DNA of 64,000 bases from assembly GCA_963675245.1 (NCBI GenBank), contig OY775910.1, positions 288,001-352,000 of the forward strand, written 5' to 3'. The notes beneath the pieces were generated by a model. That model was not told the origin of the DNA. It saw only the letters and a program-made list of their open reading frames with translations, and searched no databases. A program made the position numbers and the translations under genes. Origin of the DNA: Acholeplasmataceae bacterium (GTDB lineage: Bacteria; Bacillota_I; Bacilli_A; Acholeplasmatales; Acholeplasmataceae). Positions 10,876 to 20,980 of the stretch are shown here, one piece after another (positions within the stretch are counted from its first letter, which is position 1; each line of letters opens with the position of its first letter).

Positions 10876-11838
10876 TTACTCCTTAAAGAAATCTTGAAAT
10901 AGACCATAAATATAACGTTCTATATCAAAATAAACAAGATCATCCACTTTTTCACCTAAACCAACATATTTGATTGGTAAGTGATACTGATGTCTAATGG
11001 CTAGAACGATACCACCTTTAGCAGTGCCATCAAGTTTTGTTAAAACAATACCTGAAACATCGGTAGCTTCTTTAAACACTTCTGCTTGACGCATGCCATT
11101 TTGCCCTGTTGTCGCATCAATCACAAGTAACGTTTCTTGTGGTGCATTAGGTAAAGTTTTTTGAATCACACGTTTCATCTTTTCCAGTTCATGCATCAAA
11201 TTAACTTTTGTTTGTAACCTACCAGCAGTATCACACAAGACAATGTCATAATGTTCTTGTTTCGCATACTGTATGGCATCATAAATGACAGATGACGGAT
11301 CAGTACCTTGTGGCTTTTCAAACACATACGCACCCACACGTTCACCCCATACCTTTAACTGTTCAATCGCACCCGCTCTAAATGTATCACCTGCCACTAA
11401 TAAAACACGTTTCTTTTCATCCATTAATTGCTTTGCAAGTTTAGCGATTGTGGTCGTTTTACCAACACCATTAACGCCAACAAATAAGTAGACATTTAAT
11501 TCGTTTTCATCATAGCGTAATGCGGTATTTACAATTTCACCTTGTAGATATAATTCAAACATTTTATCAACGATGATTTCTGCTAAATCTTTAGGATCTT
11601 CAATATGTTTATTTTCGACGTCTTTTCTTAATTGTTCCACGAAATGAACAACCGTTTCAACGCCTATATCAGCTTGAATAAAAATATCTTCTAAGGCATC
11701 AAAAAGGCTATCATCAATGGTTTTTGATGACGCTAAAATCATTTTTAAATCACCAAGTCGATCATTGGTTTTATGTAGACCTAATGTATATTTATCACGT
11801 TTACCTTTTCTATTGAAAAGAGACTTGAATAATCCCAT
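10876..11838 (-). CDS. ftsY: SRP receptor FtsY
   Basis: GVNGVGKTTTIAK, DTFRAGA, DTAGRLQ, TKLDGTAKGG. Confidence 0.99.
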   Translation of the reverse strand: MGLFKSLFNRKGKRDKYTLGLHKTNDRLGDLKMILASSKTIDDSLFDALEDIFIQADIGVETVVHFVEQLRKDVENKHIEDPKDLAEIIVDKMFELYLQGEIVNTALRYDENELNVYLFVGVNGVGKTTTIAKLAKQLMDEKKRVLLVAGDTFRAGAIEQLKVWGERVGAYVFEKPQGTDPSSVIYDAIQYAKQEHYDIVLCDTAGRLQTKVNLMHELEKMKRVIQKTLPNAPQETLLVIDATTGQNGMRQAEVFKEATDVSGIVLTKLDGTAKGGIVLAIRHQYHLPIKYVGLGEKVDDLVYFDIERYIYGLFQDFFKE

Positions 11839-11895
11839 ATTTGACTCCTTTTTGACTCTTACTTATTATAGCATATCAAAAAGAAAACCGAAAGA

Positions 11896-12396
11896 CTAGG
11901 CTTTCGGTAATGCTTTAACAAATGCAACTAATTTATCATAGTCAGGATGATTGCTCATTTCTTCTAAATATTCTTTATAAATCACTTTTCTTTGAGGATC
12001 AAGAACAAACACAGCTCGTGATTGTAGTCTTAGTTCTTTCATCTCTGTACCAAACTTATGAGCAAAGTCTAATAAGACATTGTCAGACAATGTAATGATA
12101 TTATCTAATCCTTCATTACCACACCATCTCGCTTGTGCAAAAGGTGTATCATTACTAATTGTTAATACGACTAAATCTTCTCTTGAAGACAATTCATTAT
12201 TAACGGTACGGGTTTGCATCGAACAGACACTTGTATCAAGTGATGGTACGACGCTTAATACCACATAGGGTTGCTTAAAATCAGATAAACTTGCCCATTC
12301 AAAATTCGTTTTTAATGCTTTAAAATCTGGTGCTAAATCACCAACGTTTTTCGTTTCTCCAACGAGTGTTACAGGGTTACCTCCAAATGTAGTCAT
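11896..12396 (-). CDS. tpx: Thiol peroxidase (atypical 2-Cys peroxiredoxin)
   Basis: VPSLDTSVC, DTPFAQARWCG, RAVFV motifs. Confidence 0.96.
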   Translation of the reverse strand: MTTFGGNPVTLVGETKNVGDLAPDFKALKTNFEWASLSDFKQPYVVLSVVPSLDTSVCSMQTRTVNNELSSREDLVVLTISNDTPFAQARWCGNEGLDNIITLSDNVLLDFAHKFGTEMKELRLQSRAVFVLDPQRKVIYKEYLEEMSNHPDYDKLVAFVKALPKA

Positions 12397-12421
12397 ACAT
12401 TATACCTCCATTTCCAAAGCC

Positions 12422-12450
12422 ATTATATCAAATAACAAATCGCCCTTCAA
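12422..12450 (-). promoter_or_regulatory. sigma-A promoter of tpx
   Basis: TTGAAG-17 bp-TATAAT with extended TG on the minus strand. Confidence 0.75.
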
Positions 12451-12553
12451 AAAAAGTGACCTCCCGAAAAGGTCGGGAGGTCTAATTAAGGGGATTTTTG
12501 TGTACATAGTACACGAAATAGGGGATAAGTAACATCCTATCGCTAGGATGCAA
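12449..12553 (-). ncRNA. Candidate small RNA with three hairpins and two single-stranded AUCCCCU motifs
   Basis: Upstream TTTACA-17-TAATAT (extended TG). Hairpins CATCCTA/TAGGATG and GTGTAC/GTACAC; terminator GACCTCCCGA/TCGGGAGGTC plus U7. No convincing ORF. Confidence 0.6.
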
Positions 12554-12602
12554 TGAGTATATTATCATGTTTTTGCAGTTTTGTAAAGAAAAATATACTT
12601 TT

Positions 12603-14387
12603 TTAGTCTTTTTTAATATATTTACACTTTGGAAAACCACTACAAGCAATGAATTCTCCATAACGAGATGTTCTAATCACAAGCGGTTTACCACACACTG
12701 GACAAATCTCATCTGTTTCTTTCGGACCAATCTTTTTCATGTTCTTTTGTGCGTTATCTACAAGTGGCACGAAGCCATGATAGAACTCGGAAACAAGCGT
12801 CACACCAGATTCTTTTCCTTCTGCAATTTCATCAAGTGCCTTTTCCATATGAGATGTATAATCAACATTGATAATTCGTTTAAAGAAAAGGTCTAATTGT
12901 TCAGATGTAAGTTTACCTTGATCTGTTGGTGTAAATCTTTTTTTAACAAGCGTCACATAATCACGATGTTTCAATGTTTGAATAATTTGTGAATATGTTG
13001 AAGGTCTACCAATACCAAGAGATTCCATTTCTTTAATTAACGTCGCTTCAGAATATCTTGCTGGTGGTGTCGTCACCTTTTCAATCATTTCGATCTTTTG
13101 TGCATTAAGGTGATCACCAACATTGAGTTTTGGTAACTTTTTCGCTTTTGGTTTTGCATCATTGAAAACACGATAATGCCCATCAAATGTTTCGGTTAAA
13201 CCTTCAGTTGCGTAAACATTGTTTCCGGCTTTTAAAGTAATTTTAGTAGATTCAAAGATGGCTGGTGCCATGAGTGAGGCAAGTGCTCTTTCATAGATGC
13301 GTTTATATAGTCTATATTCATCTTTTGTTAAGTGGTGTTCAAGTGATTCAGGTGTAAGCTTTAAAGATGTTGGTCTAATTGCTTCATGGGCATCTTGTGC
13401 ATTATCTTTAATATTCGCACGATACTTCCCTAAATACTTCTTACCATAAGCTTCTTCAATATGGTGTTGAGCTTCACTAACAAACGGTCCTGCTAGTCTA
13501 GGTGAGTCTGTACGCATGTAGGTAATCAAACCAATAATCTCTCCATTGATTTCTTTACCTTCATATAGACTTTGAGCCACCATCATCGTACGTGCAGTAC
13601 TCATATTTAAACTATTCACTGCATCCTGTTGTAATGTTGATGTAATAAATGGTGGTCTTGGATTTCTGTTTGATGGTTTTACATCAATTTTAGTAATCTC
13701 AAATGGGTTTACAGATGTCGCAACAATCTGTTCTGCTTCTTCCTTATTAATACGTTTATTTGTTGAAATCACATAACTCGCTTTTAAGTGAGGTATATGC
13801 GCGTCAATTTCATAATATGTTTCAGGAACAAAGGCTTCGATTTCTTTTTCTAAATCAACAATTAATTTAAGGGCAACACTTTGAACACGTCCTGCTGATT
13901 TTGATTTAATCTTTGATTGTAATAATTTTGATAGTTTAAAACCAATGATACGATCAAGAATACGTCTCGCTTCTTGTGAATTAACGAGATTTTGATCGAT
14001 CTTACGAGGATGTTCTAATGCTTCTAGAATTGCGGGTTTTGTAATTTCACGAAAGACGATTCTATTTTTATCTTCAGGATTTAAGTCTAAAATCTGTGCA
14101 AGATGCCAACCAATCGCTTCGCCTTCTCTATCAGGGTCGGTCGCGATTAATACGTCTCTACCTTTTGCTTTATCTTTTAATTCTTTTATGACTGATTTCT
14201 TACCTTTAATTGCCACGTAAGTCGGTTGGAAATCATTTTCTATATCAATACCTAATCCATCTTTACCAGAAATCGCTAAGTCACGGATGTGACCCTTAGA
14301 TGAAAGAACGAGCGTGTCTTTACCGACATAACTCGCAATTGTCTTAGATTTTGATGGGGATTCTACGATAATCATTCTTTTATTCAT
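12603..14387 (-). CDS. topA: DNA topoisomerase I
   Basis: IVESPSK, ATDPDREGE, SAGRVQS, ITYMRTDS (catalytic Tyr), one C-terminal zinc ribbon. Start moved to MNKRM (RBS GAAGGAG). Confidence 0.98.
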   Translation of the reverse strand: MNKRMIIVESPSKSKTIASYVGKDTLVLSSKGHIRDLAISGKDGLGIDIENDFQPTYVAIKGKKSVIKELKDKAKGRDVLIATDPDREGEAIGWHLAQILDLNPEDKNRIVFREITKPAILEALEHPRKIDQNLVNSQEARRILDRIIGFKLSKLLQSKIKSKSAGRVQSVALKLIVDLEKEIEAFVPETYYEIDAHIPHLKASYVISTNKRINKEEAEQIVATSVNPFEITKIDVKPSNRNPRPPFITSTLQQDAVNSLNMSTARTMMVAQSLYEGKEINGEIIGLITYMRTDSPRLAGPFVSEAQHHIEEAYGKKYLGKYRANIKDNAQDAHEAIRPTSLKLTPESLEHHLTKDEYRLYKRIYERALASLMAPAIFESTKITLKAGNNVYATEGLTETFDGHYRVFNDAKPKAKKLPKLNVGDHLNAQKIEMIEKVTTPPARYSEATLIKEMESLGIGRPSTYSQIIQTLKHRDYVTLVKKRFTPTDQGKLTSEQLDLFFKRIINVDYTSHMEKALDEIAEGKESGVTLVSEFYHGFVPLVDNAQKNMKKIGPKETDEICPVCGKPLVIRTSRYGEFIACSGFPKCKYIKKD

Positions 14388-14535
14388 GTGTGCATTAACT
14401 CCTTCACCTTTTCTATTATATAAGAGCAAACCCATAAGTCAAGTAAAATATTTTTATTCCTTTCTATATATATTATTTAAATATATATTTTTTTCACTTT
14501 CATGATAGCCACAATTGACTCAATTTTTCTTTATT

Positions 14536-15625
14536 GATAAATTAGAATAACAAGTGCAACACTGTAAAAGAAAATAAAAAGGTTCATAGATTCCTTTATA
14601 ATGTAAGTGACCAAACAAACATAAAAGGAGAACCTATGAACTACACTCATCTTACCATAGAAGAAAGAACTTGTATATATCAGTTATGGCTGTCTGGCGT
14701 TAGCATGAGACAGATAAGCAAAGCAATCAAACGAAGTGTTAGCACAATCTCAAGAGAGTTAAAAAGGAATGACTGCGGCTATCGATATAAATACTTACCA
14801 CACATTGCACAAAAGAGATATCAAAAGCGGCGAAAGAAATGTCATAGACCCATACGAATCAATCCTGAATTAAAAATATACATAGAAGAAAAGCTAGCTC
14901 AACAATGGTCACCAGAACAAATTGCTAAACGTGAAAAAGATCGACCTGAATACTGTCCATGTTACGCGACAATATATCGATGGATTCACAAAAAACACCT
15001 AATTAAAGGCGATATGACGCAATTAAGACGTAAAGGAAAGTTCAAGAGACCCGCAGAAACAAGGGGACGATTCAATATTGGTAAAACAATAAAAAAACGA
15101 CCTAAAGAAGTTTACAAGAGAGAAACAATAGGTCATTGGGAAGCAGATACAGTTGAATCGGGAAGAGTTAATTTTCAGCGAAAAAGCAAATATTGTTTCG
15201 TGACTTTAGCAGAACGCAAATCAAGGTTATACTTAGTTAAACTATTGCCAGATAGAACGAGTGAAAATGTGACAGCAGCTATCATAGAATTATTATCACA
15301 ATTCCCGCAAGAATTAGTAAAGACAATAACCTGTGATCGTGGTAAAGAATTTGCCAAATATAAAGAAATAGAAACACGATTAAGCTGTGATATGTATTTC
15401 GCTGATCCATATTGTGCGTGGCAAAAAGGGACTAATGAGAATTCCAATGGATTATTAAGAGAATATTATCCAAAAGGAATGGATCTGTCGAAAACAAATG
15501 ATGATGAAGTAACAAATGTACTAACACGCCTAAACAACAGACCTAGAAAATGCATAAACTTCAAAACACCATTAGAAGTAATCAATGAATCTTATAACGC
15601 GTTGCACTTGAATTGACAAATTATC
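14536..15625 (+). mobile_element. IS30-family insertion sequence (~1090 bp)
   Basis: Imperfect 25-bp terminal IRs: GATAAATTAGAATAACAAGTGCAAC vs reverse complement of right end GATAATTTGTCAATTCAAGTGCAAC (18/25). TATT flanks both sides (possible target duplication). Confidence 0.9.
14636..15616 (+). CDS. IS30-family transposase
   Basis: HTH RSVSTISRELKRN, WSPEQIA, GHWEADTV, TCDRGKEF, WQKGTNENSNGLLR (DDE), LNNRPRK. Confidence 0.97.
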   Translation: MNYTHLTIEERTCIYQLWLSGVSMRQISKAIKRSVSTISRELKRNDCGYRYKYLPHIAQKRYQKRRKKCHRPIRINPELKIYIEEKLAQQWSPEQIAKREKDRPEYCPCYATIYRWIHKKHLIKGDMTQLRRKGKFKRPAETRGRFNIGKTIKKRPKEVYKRETIGHWEADTVESGRVNFQRKSKYCFVTLAERKSRLYLVKLLPDRTSENVTAAIIELLSQFPQELVKTITCDRGKEFAKYKEIETRLSCDMYFADPYCAWQKGTNENSNGLLREYYPKGMDLSKTNDDEVTNVLTRLNNRPRKCINFKTPLEVINESYNALHLN

Positions 15626-15628
15626 TAT

Positions 15629-15655
15629 TAAAAAAAACCGGAACTATTCCGGCTT
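15629..15655 (-). terminator. Intrinsic terminator of rnhB operon
   Basis: CCGGAA-TAG-TTCCGG hairpin followed by a U-run on the minus strand. Confidence 0.75.
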
Positions 15656-16273
15656 CTGTTCTTTTTTAATCATAGACTTTATTGGTTCGTATGTTTTTCT
15701 GTGAATCGGTGTATATCCATATGTCTCAAGTGCTTCAATATGTGCCTTGGTTGGATATCCTTTATGTTGTTTAAATCCATATTCAGGAAACAACTTATCC
15801 ATTTCAAGCATGTATGCATCTCTTGTTGTTTTAGCAACGATACTCGCTGCTGCGATGGAGATACTTTTTTGATCCCCTTTAATAATGGAATTGGATGGTA
15901 TATCTAATTCAATTGGCATCGCGTCAATGAGCAAGTATTGCGGTTTTATTTTTAATTGTTCGATTGCAGATAACATCGCTTCTCTTGCTGCACGATAAAT
16001 ATTGATCCGTTCAATTTCTTCAACCGAAACAACCCCAATACCAATCGCTAAGGCATTTTCTTTAATTTCAATGAGTGCTTTTTCTCTTTGTTTTTCTGTT
16101 AACTTTTTAGAATCATCAACATACTTTAATATGACATTAGGTTTTAAGATAACTGCAGCAGCGACCACAGGTCCAGCAAGTGGTCCGCGACCTGCTTCAT
16201 CAATACCAGCAATATATTTAACACCGTGTTGCCATAACGGCTTTTCAAATTGATATAGGTCAAAGTCTGTCAA
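15644..16273 (-). CDS. rnhB: Ribonuclease HII
   Basis: GIDEAGRGPLAGPVV, DSKKL, LLIDA, SIAAASIVAK, HKGYPT. Confidence 0.98.
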   Translation of the reverse strand: MTDFDLYQFEKPLWQHGVKYIAGIDEAGRGPLAGPVVAAAVILKPNVILKYVDDSKKLTEKQREKALIEIKENALAIGIGVVSVEEIERINIYRAAREAMLSAIEQLKIKPQYLLIDAMPIELDIPSNSIIKGDQKSISIAAASIVAKTTRDAYMLEMDKLFPEYGFKQHKGYPTKAHIEALETYGYTPIHRKTYEPIKSMIKKEQKPE

Positions 16274-17117
16274 AAGTGAGACCCCCTAATTGTCCATTTC
16301 TAATATCAGTTAATACGATTTGAAAAACGCGATCATAATCAATTTCAGCACCTTTTTGAATCGCACCTCTTAACGTACCAATATGATCAAGCATCTCTAC
16401 ACACATCATATCTGACGTGATGCCATAACGTTCTTTTAAACGATCAGGATAATATGTTTTTAAGTAGTTAAGTGCATAACAGACAACATCATCCATCGGT
16501 AGAATATTATCTCTAATCGCACCCGTGATGGCGAGATGAAAACCAATCTTATCATCTTCAAATTTAGGCCATAAGATACCTGGTGTATCTAATAGTTCAA
16601 ATGTATCACCTAATTTAATCCATTGTTGTGCTCTAGTAACCCCTGGACGATTCGCAGTACGTGCTGCTTTTTTATTAGCAAGCGCATTAATCAGTGTTGA
16701 TTTTCCAACATTAGGTATTCCTAAAATCATGGTGCGAATCGGACGTTCTTGAATGCCTTTCGCTTTTTCTCTTTCAAGTTGGTCTTTTAATGCAAGTCTT
16801 GCTAAAGCAGGTATTTGATGAATATTTCTTTTATTTTGAGCGTCAATTTTTAATGCGATAAACCCTTGTTTTTTAAAATCAGCGATAAATAAATCTGTTT
16901 CCTTATCATCTGCTAAATCCATTTTATTTAATAAGATAATACTAGGTTTATGCTTGATGGTTTTTAAAATGTTTGGATTCATTGATGATAATGGCAGTCT
17001 TGCATCTAACAAAATCATCACCATATCCATGAGTTTTAGTTTTTCTCTAATCTCACGAATAGATTTGAACATATGCCCCGGATACCATTGTATTTGTTTT
17101 GAATGTTGTTCGCTCAT
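16260..17117 (-). CDS. rbgA: Ribosome biogenesis GTPase RbgA/YlqF
   Basis: IQWYPGHM, LDARLP, NKMDL, GIPNVGKST, DTPGILWP. Start at MSEQH (RBS GGAGGTG). Confidence 0.97.
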   Translation of the reverse strand: MSEQHSKQIQWYPGHMFKSIREIREKLKLMDMVMILLDARLPLSSMNPNILKTIKHKPSIILLNKMDLADDKETDLFIADFKKQGFIALKIDAQNKRNIHQIPALARLALKDQLEREKAKGIQERPIRTMILGIPNVGKSTLINALANKKAARTANRPGVTRAQQWIKLGDTFELLDTPGILWPKFEDDKIGFHLAITGAIRDNILPMDDVVCYALNYLKTYYPDRLKERYGITSDMMCVEMLDHIGTLRGAIQKGAEIDYDRVFQIVLTDIRNGQLGGLTFDRL

Positions 17118-17896
17118 GAGACACCTCCAAATGGCCATATTTTGTAAACCACATGACCGATAATCGCATCCCTTTTAAACGACCCTAAATCACGACTGTC
17201 ATAAGATCCGAATTCATTATCTCCAAAAACAAGATATTCACCTTCTTTAACATAACCATTGCTGTCCAGGGAAGCTTCTATGATATCTTTTTCTGAATAT
17301 TCTCTAATGGTGTTTTCAGCATTGGTTCTCGCAATGTAGTCTTCACCATCTGCATGATATATCTCACCGTTGATTAAAATATAATAATTACTAGTACCAG
17401 CAATCGCTAGAAATTCAACTAAATCGCCTGGCATTGCTGCAATTCTTTTTACGAGTAATCTTTCACTTTGATCAGGATGTTCAACCGTATCCACATTTAA
17501 AATAATAATATCGCCTCTGGAAGGTTCATATCTAAATTGAGATACGAATACGATATCGCCACTTTGTAGGGTATTAATCATTGATGATTGTCTGACTGTA
17601 CTGGAGAAGAAAAAGAACATGAATAACACACATATCACAGTAAATGTCGTTCCTATAAACATCACATAATCTAAAAACTCTTCTTTCTTCGGTGTTTTTT
17701 TAAAACTGTAAGGATTGCGTTGTAGTAAGAAGATCACATAGGTTGTAACAAACCCTGTGATTAACAAGGCTATAACGAATGCAATATGTTGCCAGAAAAT
17801 ATAATTACTAGATACATTCAATGAAAAAAGGGTAATGGCTATAACCGCTAATAATAAGAGTATGACTAAGTTTGTATATGCTTTTTTTAGCGTCAT
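17114..17896 (-). CDS. lepB: Signal peptidase I
   Basis: QSSMINTL (Ser), LVKRI (Lys), GDNEFGSYDSR; three N-terminal hydrophobic segments. Confidence 0.93.
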   Translation of the reverse strand: MTLKKAYTNLVILLLLAVIAITLFSLNVSSNYIFWQHIAFVIALLITGFVTTYVIFLLQRNPYSFKKTPKKEEFLDYVMFIGTTFTVICVLFMFFFFSSTVRQSSMINTLQSGDIVFVSQFRYEPSRGDIIILNVDTVEHPDQSERLLVKRIAAMPGDLVEFLAIAGTSNYYILINGEIYHADGEDYIARTNAENTIREYSEKDIIEASLDSNGYVKEGEYLVFGDNEFGSYDSRDLGSFKRDAIIGHVVYKIWPFGGVS

Positions 17897-17920
17897 GGTA
17901 TCACCCTTTTACATCATTTT

Positions 17921-20044
17921 TTATTTTTTTAAAATTTCTTTTAATTCACTATATGTCACTAGCACATCTCTCGCTTTTGTACCTTGAGATTGAGAAACAA
18001 TTTCATAATATTCAAGCATTTCAATGAGTTTTTGGGCTCGATTGAATCCAATTTCAAATTGTTTTTGAATGTTATTGATTGAGGCGTTTTCTGTTTCAAC
18101 GACATAGAATGCGACATCTTCAAATAAATCATCAGTCACAATTTCTTTGGTTTCAACTTGTTTCTTTAAGTCTGAATGTTCAAACGAGTAATTTGTTGAA
18201 TAGCGTTCTCTAATAAAATCTGTGATCTTATAGATTTCATCATCAGGAATATACGCACCTTGTAAACGATGCGTGCGATCTGCACGTTTTAAAAGCATAT
18301 CTCCTTTACCTAGTAAAGTTTCAGCCCCTGCACCATCTAAAATCGTCGTTGAGTCAACAAATGAAGCTACTCTAAAGGCGATACGTGCTGGAATATTAGA
18401 TTTAATCGTACCTTTGACAACATCTGTTGTAGGTCGTTGTGTCGCAACCAGTAAATGAATACCTGCAGCTCTCGCTTTTTGTGTGATGCGTTGAATGGCA
18501 TCTTCTACTTCATGAGGAGAGGTCATCATCAAATCTGCTAACTCATCAATCACGATGACAATATAAGGCATCTTTTCGCCTTCAATGATGCCACGAGTAA
18601 TATTTTGGTTATATCCTTTTATATCTCTACTTCTTGAACGAGCAAACTTTTTATAACGTTTATCCATTTCAACAGTTGCCCAATTCAACGCCTGAGCGGC
18701 CATTTTAGCATCTGTAATAACAGGTGTAATCAAATGTGGTAAATCATTATAAGCTGATAATTCGACCATTTTAGGGTCAATCAGGATGAGTTTTAAATCC
18801 TCAGGAGAATTCTTGAGTAATAAACTACATAAGATGGTATTTACACAAACTGATTTACCACTGTTAGTAGCCCCTGCAATAAGACCATGAGGCATCGCTT
18901 GAATATCGACATAAATGTTTTCACCATCAATGTCGACGCCTAATGCGACTTTCAAAGGATGATTTTTATCATTTAAAAATTCATCTGTATCAACAACATT
19001 ACCAAACGCGACAATTTCTGGTTTAACGTTTGGCACTTCTAATCCAACATATGGTTTACCTGGAATAGGTGCTTCAATACGTAATGATTTAGATGCTAAG
19101 CTCATCATTAAGTTATCTGATATATTTGAGACACGTTTAACATTGACCCCTGGTTCTAGGGCAATTTCATAACGTGTAACTGTTGGTCCTTTTTTAGAGC
19201 CGTTAACAGATCCTTCAATACCAAATTGTTCAAGGGTCGCGTTAATCACATCAATTTGATCTAATAACCATGCCGGTTTTTCATCAAGATCACGATCTTT
19301 TTTAGAAAACATCCGAACATCAGGATATGTATACGTCGGTTGATGATATTCAAAATGAACTTGATCATGTGATGGTTGATTCACTTCTTCAACAAAATCA
19401 TCTTCATAGGTATCATCTTCATCAGGTGTTGTTATACCACCAAAGTCTGATGAAATGACATCTTTGACTTCTGGTTTAGAAAATTGTTTTCTTGAGAATG
19501 TCGAAAATGATGGTGATTCATCTCTTGGTTTTGTATCTACAACTGGTTCGTCTTCTATGTCAGGTGTCATATCAACCACTTTAGGTGCTTGTTTTCTAAC
19601 AAAAGGATTTGTCTTACCTTCACCTGCTGTTTTATCGACATAATGGGCACCAATCGGTGAAATGAGTGACTGTTTAACTGGTTCTGCTTTTTTGGGTTCT
19701 GGTCGTGGTGTATAATCTGATTCACCAAAATATTCTTCACGTGTTTTATGACTCACGATATTCGTGAATTCATAATATTTAGAACCATATTTTTCTTTGG
19801 CTTGATCTTCAGATAATTTATGTTTCGTTCTAAACGCGTCAAATCGTCTAATTGTATCACCGGTGTTTTTAACCATGAATGGTACAGCAACAACATCTTT
19901 AACACTCGAGCCAAAAATAGGTGATATGAATCGGTCTGATTCATATGACTTCTTCGTTCTAATCCCTTCTAATTTAACAAACTGGAAAATTAAGAAAGGT
20001 ACTTTCTTCACATGAAGTTCTGCTTGATTGTTTTGTTTTCTCAT
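17921..20044 (-). CDS. ftsK: FtsK/SpoIIIE DNA translocase without obvious N-terminal TM segments (SftA-like)
   Basis: AGATNSGKS, IDPKMVEL, IDELADLM, ATQRP, gamma domain IGFNRA. Confidence 0.95.
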   Translation of the reverse strand: MRKQNNQAELHVKKVPFLIFQFVKLEGIRTKKSYESDRFISPIFGSSVKDVVAVPFMVKNTGDTIRRFDAFRTKHKLSEDQAKEKYGSKYYEFTNIVSHKTREEYFGESDYTPRPEPKKAEPVKQSLISPIGAHYVDKTAGEGKTNPFVRKQAPKVVDMTPDIEDEPVVDTKPRDESPSFSTFSRKQFSKPEVKDVISSDFGGITTPDEDDTYEDDFVEEVNQPSHDQVHFEYHQPTYTYPDVRMFSKKDRDLDEKPAWLLDQIDVINATLEQFGIEGSVNGSKKGPTVTRYEIALEPGVNVKRVSNISDNLMMSLASKSLRIEAPIPGKPYVGLEVPNVKPEIVAFGNVVDTDEFLNDKNHPLKVALGVDIDGENIYVDIQAMPHGLIAGATNSGKSVCVNTILCSLLLKNSPEDLKLILIDPKMVELSAYNDLPHLITPVITDAKMAAQALNWATVEMDKRYKKFARSRSRDIKGYNQNITRGIIEGEKMPYIVIVIDELADLMMTSPHEVEDAIQRITQKARAAGIHLLVATQRPTTDVVKGTIKSNIPARIAFRVASFVDSTTILDGAGAETLLGKGDMLLKRADRTHRLQGAYIPDDEIYKITDFIRERYSTNYSFEHSDLKKQVETKEIVTDDLFEDVAFYVVETENASINNIQKQFEIGFNRAQKLIEMLEYYEIVSQSQGTKARDVLVTYSELKEILKK

Positions 20045-20814
20045 GACGCTTCACCTTCATCCTTGAGATCATTGTTTAGTTGTGCATATATATCATCAAT
20101 GCCTGTATCAATGGTTTTTTCAATATTGAATACTTTTTTAGAATAAATCTTATATGTTTCTTCACCTGTAATAGCAATTACGGTGAGTCCAATTCTAACA
20201 AGTACGATATTAACAGCTGTTTCTTTTGTTAACTTTCTAAACCAGTATACAGGGTTTACGGCATTTAATACCATTAACGCTGAAGATGCGATTTTAGCAA
20301 CCTTCTTTGTATGCTTCATAACTTTGCTAGATTCTATTTTTGTTTTAACGGTATTCATTTTCACAAATTGGGCAAGCGTCATCCCACGCACTAAACCTAA
20401 TATCTTACCTTTTAAAATATCATCTAATCGGTCTGTAATGTAATGACTTAACTTTAATGATTCATCTACCGTTAATTCTAGATATGGATATTTTGATGTT
20501 GGATAAAACTTTTTAGCAATATCACTTGATAATTCCGTTAAGACATTGCCTAAATGTTTATAAAACCCTACATCATTTCTGATCCCTTTATCTTTGAATT
20601 GTTTTTGGGCATCTTCAATCAGCCATTTGATTTCTTCTTCATCAATGTCTGTTTCATCTGCATGACGTAATCGCATCCCTTTGTTCATACTTCTAACGAG
20701 TGCATAAACATAAATGAGCGACAATAAAATAAATCCAAATCCAATACCGATCAGGAAGCTTATAAGTGTACCTAAATTGATTTCAATTGGCCCGATCGAA
20801 AACCAGATGAGCAT
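20041..20814 (-). CDS. Hypothetical membrane-anchored protein
   Basis: 257-aa ORF with N-terminal TM helix, coupled to ftsK by a 4-bp overlap, RBS AGGAG. Confidence 0.8.
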   Translation of the reverse strand: MLIWFSIGPIEINLGTLISFLIGIGFGFILLSLIYVYALVRSMNKGMRLRHADETDIDEEEIKWLIEDAQKQFKDKGIRNDVGFYKHLGNVLTELSSDIAKKFYPTSKYPYLELTVDESLKLSHYITDRLDDILKGKILGLVRGMTLAQFVKMNTVKTKIESSKVMKHTKKVAKIASSALMVLNAVNPVYWFRKLTKETAVNIVLVRIGLTVIAITGEETYKIYSKKVFNIEKTIDTGIDDIYAQLNNDLKDEGEAS

Positions 20815-20980
20815 GTCATCAACTCCTATAGTTCATTATATCATTTATGATAGATATCATAAAGATGTTAGATTATCATTTATGCTTAGTAACGCATTTT
20901 ATGCATATTTTTGTGAGTATTATGTAATGTTCCTTGAAAAAATAAATGAATGTGCGATAATGGATAATGAGGTGAAATTT

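Noticed and set aside
12449..12553. SRP RNA or 6S RNA identity for the candidate sRNA near ffh/ftsY
   Set aside because: No SRP helix-8 motif (CAGG..GNAA..AGCAG) and no long 6S-like rod with a central bubble.
14636..15616. IS30 transposase as the enzyme building the tRNA cassette array
   Set aside because: It is a DDE enzyme acting on its own IRs. Cassette ends lack those IRs and instead show a tyrosine-recombinase-type anticodon-loop junction.
20714..20980. N-terminal extension of the Cof hydrolase in the ORF track
   Set aside because: It overlaps the divergent gene and its promoter. The HAD motif I and an RBS place the start at 20981.
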